DNA of 32,000 bases, from assembly GCA_041657425.1 (NCBI GenBank), contig JBBABY010000011.1, positions 8,950-40,949 on the forward strand, given 5' to 3'. The notes below the pieces were generated by a model that made no database searches, was not told the origin of the DNA, and saw nothing but the letters and a program-made list of their open reading frames with translations. Below are positions 27,252 to 32,000 of this stretch, piece by piece (positions within the stretch are counted from its first letter, which is position 1; the number at the start of each line of letters is the position of its first letter). The translations under genes were made by a program, and so were the position numbers. Source of the stretch: an archaeon (GTDB lineage: Archaea > Iainarchaeota > Iainarchaeia > Iainarchaeales > CSSED10-239).

Positions 27252-28130
27252 ATGGTTACAAGAGATATAATACTTATTGTTGAAGGCGGAGCAATGAGCG
27301 GAGTTTTTGGAGCAGGCGTTCTTAAAACTCTCAATAAAGACTCAATGCATTCTAGAGTACATAGTATTTATTCGGTTTCTGCAGGGGCACATAACGCAGC
27401 ATTCTTCTTATCTAGAAATGCAACTGAAGGTTCAGAAATTTATACTAAAGAACTTATTTCTAAAAGAAGTAAGTTTATCAATATGGATATTAAAGAATTG
27501 ATTTCTAATTTTTGGAAATTATTATTTTTAAGAAGAAATTTACATTTAATGGATTTAGATGTGTTAAGAGAGATTGAAAAAACGAAAAGAAAATTAGATT
27601 ATCAAAAAATTAAAAATAGTCCTATTAATTTCTATGTTGCTGTTTTTGATAAAAAGACTATGAAACTAAAATATTTAAATGGTAAAAAGGACACATTAGA
27701 AGTAATTAATTTATCTTCTTATCTTGCTCCGTATATTTATTTGAATACTAAATCTAACGATATTTTCGATGGAGGAACAATACCTAGTGATTGTTTCTTA
27801 AAAATTGTTAAAGAAAACAAAGATAAAAAAATCATATGGATCATTAATGAAAACAGAATTTTTATAAATAAGATGAAAGATTCTATTTTTGATATAGTTG
27901 ATCTTTATGCCAAATCCATGTACTTTGGATTTTGGTATATGGTGCATCATTTATTTCATTTCTTTGATACCCCCTCAATTGAGACAATAAAAAAATATTC
28001 TAATGTCATTGTAGTTCATCCAAATTGTAATGTTAGAAAGGTTACAAGAAATAAAAAAGAAATGGTTGATTTATACTATCATGGAGTAAATAAAGGAAAA
28101 GAAATACTAAAGAAATTAAATATTAAATAG
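27252..28130 (+). CDS. patatin-like phospholipase, copy 2 (apparently intact)
   Basis: 292 aa from ATG 27252; the track uses TTG 27243. Oxyanion-hole region EGGAMSGVFGAG, nucleophile elbow SVSAGA (S-x-S-x-G instead of G-x-S-x-G), and catalytic Asp in FDGGTIP. Confidence 0.8.
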   Translation: MVTRDIILIVEGGAMSGVFGAGVLKTLNKDSMHSRVHSIYSVSAGAHNAAFFLSRNATEGSEIYTKELISKRSKFINMDIKELISNFWKLLFLRRNLHLMDLDVLREIEKTKRKLDYQKIKNSPINFYVAVFDKKTMKLKYLNGKKDTLEVINLSSYLAPYIYLNTKSNDIFDGGTIPSDCFLKIVKENKDKKIIWIINENRIFINKMKDSIFDIVDLYAKSMYFGFWYMVHHLFHFFDTPSIETIKKYSNVIVVHPNCNVRKVTRNKKEMVDLYYHGVNKGKEILKKLNIK

Positions 28131-28373
28131 TAGTTGGCTATAAGCCACTTTCTGTACTAATTTGGTAATTTATCTAAGCGAAGTAAACTTCTTGCACTAG
28201 AATTATCTTCTGCATTTTTCAGCCTCTTTCCCAAGTCCATCAGTTTTACACATCATCTGTTGAATGACTAGGAACCGTGTTCCTTTCTACTCAGAAAATA
28301 ATTTTAACCTAGTGAGTGGACTTTCCTTTTTGAAAACTCGGAAGTTCTCAACTACCAAAACACCAACTACTAT
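28127..28373 (-). ncRNA. rnpB: RNase P RNA (compact, ~247 nt)
   Basis: ORF-free, relatively GC-rich island. The minus strand carries CR-I AGGAAAGUCCAC (28316-28327) and CR-V ACAGAAAGUGGCUUAUAGCC (28136-28155). These form P4 (AAGUCCAC/GUGGCUU) with the conserved bulged U. Also present: an 11-bp P1 between the ends (AUAGUAGUUGG/CCAACUACUAU), a 10-bp P2 (UUUGGUAGUU/AAUUACCAAA) and a P3 hairpin (GAGAAC-UUCCGA-GUUUUC). Confidence 0.88.
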
Positions 28374-28406
28374 ATATATTAAAAGAGAAAAAGAGAATAA
28401 AAAGCT

Positions 28407-29144
28407 TTACTTTTTATCCATTAAGTAATCATTTACTAAAGAATAGCTTGTTCCTGTTACAATGTAAGTAAACAAGATAATTAACATTCCTGAGATAAGT
28501 ATACCTACAGTCTCTGAGATTGTAGTTAAAATAAATGTAATTATTGCTAAGATAATTATTCCAATAAGTGTATTACCTATTACAAATGTCAATAATATGA
28601 AATAATCTTTAGTAAATATTGCTTTGAAGTATTTTCCAACTTTAAAGATATCTTGAAACTTTCCTGTTTTGAAATATCTTACCATTCCGAAAGTCTTTAT
28701 TATTTCTAATAGTAATACTGCTACTAAGAATATAATAAACACTAAAATTGAGACTAATATTAACCATCCAGGCGTACTATAAAGTAATGCTTCAAAGTTC
28801 CCTGCGTCAGTTAATGATCCTAGATCTAATTGAGATGCTATAATAATAAAAGGAATCATTCCAATTATTAGTAAGATATACTGAGCAACTACAAAGATAA
28901 TTGAAACAATTGTATACATTCCAGTATTCTTAAGAACAGGCACAATTGATTGTTTTACAGTCTTTAATTTTCCTGCTAATTTGGTTCCTATAATTCCAAT
29001 CCCAAATATCAGAACTAATGTTAAAGAAATCAAAGTCATTACATCACTTATCATTGAAAGACTTGCTAATGCAAGTATAAATACTAAATAATACCATTTT
29101 ACATTTTCATATGCAAACGAAATTGCTTTTTTAAAATCCATCAT
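28407..29144 (-). CDS. polytopic membrane protein, function unknown
   Basis: 245-aa ORF with ~6 hydrophobic helices. Confidence 0.65.
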   Translation of the reverse strand: MMDFKKAISFAYENVKWYYLVFILALASLSMISDVMTLISLTLVLIFGIGIIGTKLAGKLKTVKQSIVPVLKNTGMYTIVSIIFVVAQYILLIIGMIPFIIIASQLDLGSLTDAGNFEALLYSTPGWLILVSILVFIIFLVAVLLLEIIKTFGMVRYFKTGKFQDIFKVGKYFKAIFTKDYFILLTFVIGNTLIGIIILAIITFILTTISETVGILISGMLIILFTYIVTGTSYSLVNDYLMDKK

Positions 29145-29160
29145 ATTTTTTTCACATTTT

Positions 29161-29391
29161 TTATTTTATTTTTTTATCAATTATAATTCTGCTTAATTTA
29201 GGAGTTATTGTTGAAATCTTTTTATGAAATTTATCAATTTCATCTTGTTGTTTAAGGGTTGGTTTTTGTAATTGATCTAATATTTCTTTTAATTCCTTAT
29301 AATCTTTCTTCTTTTTCATATTCTCTAAAGTTTTTGGAGCAATTCTTTTTGCTGGTCTTAATTTTGGTTTAATTGGTTTTACTATTGGCAT
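29161..29391 (-). CDS. small basic protein, function unknown
   Basis: 76-aa K-rich ORF located 16 nt upstream of the membrane protein gene. Coding status is uncertain. Confidence 0.4.
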   Translation of the reverse strand: MPIVKPIKPKLRPAKRIAPKTLENMKKKKDYKELKEILDQLQKPTLKQQDEIDKFHKKISTITPKLSRIIIDKKIK

Positions 29392-29465
29392 TAATTATCA
29401 CAATAGAATATAGAAATAAATAATTTATAAAGTTATCTAAAAATAGAAGCTTGTTTTTTTAAAAG

Positions 29466-29537
29466 TGGACTCCGCGAGATTCGAACTCGCAACCCCTTCC
29501 GTGCAAGGGAAGTACTCTACCGTTGAGCCAGAAGCCC
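29466..29537 (-). tRNA. tRNA-Ala(UGC)
   Basis: Minus strand: GGGCUUC-UG-GCUC-AACGGUA-GAGU-A-CUUCC-CUUGCAC-GGAAG-GGGUU-GCGAG-UUCGAAU-CUCGC-GGAGUCC-A. It has the G3:U70 alanine identity pair, and no CCA is encoded. Confidence 0.92.
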
Positions 29538-29582
29538 TTTAAAAGAAACTGTCTAAATTGCTTGATTACTATATATATAATC

Positions 29583-29601
29583 AAAGAAACAAATATAAAT
29601 A
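29583..29601 (-). promoter_or_regulatory. putative TATA-type promoter of tRNA-Ala(UGC)
   Basis: Plus strand aaagaaacaaatataaata equals minus strand TATTTATATTTGTTTCTTT, 45 nt upstream of the tRNA 5' end. It is one mismatch from the other two copies. Confidence 0.45.
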
Positions 29602-29696
29602 AATCTATTTTTTAAAGCATTTTCTTTTTCGCTAAGGTTTTAAAGAAATAGTGTTCTTTTGGAATGAAATACTTTTCTTCTGAAGAAAAAGATTCA

Positions 29697-29768
29697 TGGA
29701 CTCCGCGAGATTCGAACTCGCAACCCCTTCCATGCTAAGGAAGTACTCTACCGTTGAGCCAGAAGCCC
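29697..29768 (-). tRNA. tRNA-Ala(AGC)
   Basis: The body is identical to tRNA-Ala(UGC) except for three anticodon-loop positions. The loop is UUAGCAU, with A34 at 29736. G3:U70 is present. Confidence 0.85.
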
Positions 29769-29788
29769 TTAAACTAATATAATTAATT

Positions 29789-29807
29789 AAAGAAATAAAT
29801 ATAAATA
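29789..29807 (-). promoter_or_regulatory. putative TATA-type promoter of tRNA-Ala(AGC)
   Basis: Plus strand aaagaaataaatataaata equals minus strand TATTTATATTTATTTCTTT, 20 nt upstream of the tRNA 5' end. A 21-nt stretch (29788-29808) is identical to 29938-29958. Confidence 0.45.
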
Positions 29808-29826
29808 CATCTAATAAGTTTAAATC

Positions 29827-29898
29827 TGGACTCCGCGAGATTCGAACTCGCAACCTTCTCCATGCGAAGGAGATACTCTACCATTGAGCCAGGAGCCC
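29827..29898 (-). tRNA. tRNA-Ala(CGC)
   Basis: Minus strand: GGGCUCC-UG-GCUC-AAUGGUA-GAGU-A-UCUCC-UUCGCAU-GGAGA-AGGUU-GCGAG-UUCGAAU-CUCGC-GGAGUCC-A. G3:U70 is present. Confidence 0.92.
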
Positions 29899-29938
29899 TC
29901 TAATTGAATATAAGATTATTTGAATAATATATTTAACT

Positions 29939-29957
29939 AAAGAAATAAATATAAATA
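29939..29957 (-). promoter_or_regulatory. putative TATA-type promoter of tRNA-Ala(CGC)
   Basis: Same 19-nt motif as at 29789-29807, located 40 nt upstream of the tRNA 5' end. Confidence 0.45.
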
Positions 29958-30003
29958 CTAATATTTGCATCTTGTCCAAGAAATAATGTATTTTATTAAT
30001 TAA

Positions 30004-31617
30004 CTATCTTAAATAAGGATAGCCTGAATTAATACTTGGATCAATATTCCAGATAGTTGAAAAATTCCAACCTGTAAATGTACTTTGTGTTTTCATTTCG
30101 GTGGTTGTTTTTGGAACACCTCTTCCGTCATTATCTGATTGACCAGAAATTGTTGTGTCGTAATATGAATTTGTAGTTGTCCCTAATTCTTCATAAGATT
30201 CATCTAATCCATTAATTCCTACTAGTCCACCGACATTTGTGGTACCAGAAACACTACCTGTAGAATAACTATAAGACACAGTTGATACTTGATTTAATCC
30301 AATTAATCCACCTACATTATTTGTTCCAGAAACGGAACCTAATGAATAACAATTATAAATACGTCCTTTGCTCAAATCATAACTATCCATATTTTGTTCT
30401 CCTACTAATCCACCTACATTATTTGTTCCAGAAACAGAAGAATTAGAGTAACATTTTTCTATTAGATTTGAACCATGATCTCCAATTAGACCACCAACTC
30501 TATTTATCCCAGTAACATTTCCTGTAGAATAATTATTTAATAAATATCCTGCATTTCTACCTACTAGTCCACCAACAGCAGACCAAGTAGCGGTTGCAGA
30601 AGCCGTTCCATTAAAATTACTATTTTGTATTTTGCCTCCATACATCTTATAATTATCAGAAAGATAATTCTCTCCTATTAACCCTCCAACATTTGCTAAT
30701 CCATAAACATTCCCAGTTACATTACAATTAAAAAAATTAAATGGCCAATTATAAACCTCGAAATTGTCTGTATAGTAGGTGCGCCCTAATAATCCCCCTA
30801 CATAATATTTTCCAATTACATTTACATCTTTTAAAAAAATATTTTGCATATGTATTTTTGTAGGTTGCGAATCATTTACATTAATTTCCGTATCTGTCAT
30901 TCCAAATAATCCGATATAATTAGTTTCTGGTCTGTTAATATATAGATTGCTTATTGTATAATTATTTCCGTTAAATAAACCCCTAAATTTATCTGTTGTA
31001 TTTCCAATCGGTTCCCAACCATTAACATCAAGTCTAGAGAAACACTTAAGATCAACATCTTTTTCTAAGGAATAATTATAATCAAGATGATTTCTCACAT
31101 TATTAAGATCTTCTGCATTACAAATAATTATTGGATCTATTTCCGTTCCTGTTCCGCCAGAACTACAAACCATCCCTATATCTCTCTGTTTTACTGTGAT
31201 GTATGTATTATCTGAAGTAATTAATTCAATTGTCATTTCTGGATTTTCTACACTGTACTCATAAAGGCAATCAAGTGAAAGTATATTTGTGCTATTGTTT
31301 GTCAAAGTAAATGGAGTTGATAACGTGACTGGTTCCATGTCTGAAACTTCCAGTATTTTATAACTAGTAATTATTATTGGTTCTTGAATGTTATTTGGTG
31401 GTTGATAGTTTATTTGAAGAACTCCATCACTAAAAGATTTCGGATAAACAAATACTCCTGCATCTGAAACCGTTAATTCTTTAATTGCTTTTGTTTTATC
31501 TAAAGAAGTAGTTGTAAATCCTTTACCAAAAGAAAGAATAATTGTAACAATTATAACAGTAACTATAATTAAAAGAACTGTAGCAATGATTGGAGAGATT
31601 GATTTAAGTTTATCCAT
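30004..31617 (-). CDS. archaeal pilin-N-terminal-domain protein with GLUG-motif repeats (surface adhesin candidate)
   Basis: 537 aa. The N-terminus MDKLKSISPIIATVLLIIVTVIIVTIILSF matches the archaeal type IV pilin N-terminal pattern (..SP[IV]I..VLL[IV].[IV]TV..). The C-terminal half has about eight GLUG-type repeats: YIGLFGMT, YVGGLLGRT, NVGGLIGEN, AVGGLVGRN, RVGGLIGDH, NVGGLVGEQ, NVGGLIGLN, NVGGLVGIN. It ends ..GWNFSTIWNIDPSINSGYPYLR. Confidence 0.85.
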   Translation of the reverse strand: MDKLKSISPIIATVLLIIVTVIIVTIILSFGKGFTTTSLDKTKAIKELTVSDAGVFVYPKSFSDGVLQINYQPPNNIQEPIIITSYKILEVSDMEPVTLSTPFTLTNNSTNILSLDCLYEYSVENPEMTIELITSDNTYITVKQRDIGMVCSSGGTGTEIDPIIICNAEDLNNVRNHLDYNYSLEKDVDLKCFSRLDVNGWEPIGNTTDKFRGLFNGNNYTISNLYINRPETNYIGLFGMTDTEINVNDSQPTKIHMQNIFLKDVNVIGKYYVGGLLGRTYYTDNFEVYNWPFNFFNCNVTGNVYGLANVGGLIGENYLSDNYKMYGGKIQNSNFNGTASATATWSAVGGLVGRNAGYLLNNYSTGNVTGINRVGGLIGDHGSNLIEKCYSNSSVSGTNNVGGLVGEQNMDSYDLSKGRIYNCYSLGSVSGTNNVGGLIGLNQVSTVSYSYSTGSVSGTTNVGGLVGINGLDESYEELGTTTNSYYDTTISGQSDNDGRGVPKTTTEMKTQSTFTGWNFSTIWNIDPSINSGYPYLR

Positions 31618-31792
31618 AATAATTAAAATGAATTACCATTATGTTTAAAAAAAGATGGTCTGATAGAAAGACTAAATTAACGATTAATTAAAATAAGATT
31701 TTATTCTTATTTTGTGGGGCGTTAGAAGAAATGTAATTCTGTTTAATAATCTGTATTTTCAAATCAATCACTTTCGTAATTAAATTTTAAAT

Positions 31793-32000
31793 AGGAGGTG
31801 ATCCGTCCGCAGGTTCCCCTACGGACACCTTGTTACAACTTAGTCCGTCTCGCAAAATGTAGAATTACTATAACCTGTAATAGGCTAGAGTTCATCCACA
31901 CTCTACTCAACTGGCTTGATGGGCGGTGTGTGCAAGGCGCAGGGACATATTCACCGCGCGATAGTGACACGCGATTACTGGGGATTCCAGCTTCATGTGG
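31793..32000 (-). rRNA. 16S rRNA, 3'-terminal ~208 nt (gene continues beyond the right window edge)
   Basis: The minus strand ends ..GUAACAAGGUGUCCGUAGGGGAACCUGCGGACGGAUCACCUCCU at 31793. Upstream it reads GGUGAAUAUGUCCCUGCGCCUUGCACACACCGCCCAUCAAGCC, which is the archaeal-type CUUGCACACACCGCCC block. Confidence 0.95.

Noticed and set aside
869-27501. About 25 short ORFs nested in or antisense to larger genes. Examples: 869..1093, 2472..2702, 3517..4023, 5181..5399, 7137..7562, 11995..12294, 14422..14721, 16038..16403, 18495..18773, 21022..21390, 25818..26093, 27307..27501
   Set aside because: They overlap longer ORFs that have recognisable motifs or coherent membrane or secreted architecture. 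Their products are L/F/I/S-rich low-complexity strings typical of shadow frames in AT-rich DNA.
26242-28130. Patatin-like genes as effectors of a CBASS-like or other anti-phage defence system
   Set aside because: There is no cyclase, nucleotidyltransferase, sensor, NTPase or other defence-associated partner within the flanking genes. The neighbours are tdk-operon genes and RNase P RNA.
28127-28373. Possibility that the structured RNA in this gap is SRP (7S) RNA
   Set aside because: The end-to-end helix would fit either RNA. However, the CR-I (AGGAAAGUCC) and CR-V (ACAGAA..GGCUUAU) motifs and the P4 pairing with a bulged U are specific to RNase P RNA. No SRP helix-8-type motifs were seen.
29632-29853. 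73-aa ORF on the minus strand in the ORF track
   Set aside because: It runs straight through tRNA-Ala(AGC) and into tRNA-Ala(CGC). Its unusual composition comes from the GC-rich tRNA sequence, so it is not a gene.
29466-29898. Regularly spaced ~72-nt near-identical repeats that could be mistaken for a CRISPR-like or satellite array
   Set aside because: Each repeat folds into a complete tRNA-Ala cloverleaf with G3:U70. The spacers (159 and 58 nt) are unequal and carry promoter-like motifs.
30004-31617. Nucleotide-level repeats in the GLUG gene as template/variable repeats of a diversity-generating retroelement
   Set aside because: The repeats are in-frame protein repeats within one gene. There is no reverse transcriptase ORF and no separate non-coding template copy in the window.
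31618-31792. The 16S-downstream spacer as a possible C/D-box sRNA or tRNA
   Set aside because: Only an AU-rich hairpin (AAAAUAAGA..UCUUAUUUU) and a T7 tract are visible. I found no C (UGAUGA) and D (CUGA) box pair in proper arrangement and no cloverleaf.

Overview
This is an AT-rich archaeal chromosomal segment. The archaeal assignment rests on an archaeal-type 16S 3' end, a tRNA-Tyr with C1:G72 and a bulge-helix-bulge intron, archaeal prepilin-type N-termini, and tRNAs with no encoded CCA. Gene content and style fit a small-genome DPANN-like episymbiont, but that is inference. Left third: a tight + strand string of prepilin-like genes, then a small membrane protein and a 1674-aa secreted orphan giant. 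The giant's C-terminal membrane anchor sits in a different reading frame. Middle: housekeeping genes and many small membrane proteins. These include class II LysRS, an ornithine-type PLP decarboxylase overlapping a CGHC thioredoxin-fold gene, a DUF1003-like protein, a DEAD-box helicase, a SAM methyltransferase and a GNAT-like protein. Right third: an intron-containing tRNA-Tyr plus a decayed copy of its 3' half. Next is an operon in which thymidine kinase is bracketed by two 271-aa paralogs of unknown, possibly kinase-like, fold. Then come tandem patatin-like phospholipase genes (one with a damaged start), a compact RNase P RNA that the ORF track cannot show, and three tandem tRNA-Ala genes (UGC, AGC, CGC). 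The window ends with a pilin-anchored GLUG-repeat protein and the 3' end of a 16S rRNA that is not followed by 23S. Several genes are translationally coupled by ATGA overlaps. I saw no CRISPR array, transposase, integrase, reverse transcriptase or recognisable defence system. All protein calls come from motifs read by eye; no searches were run.
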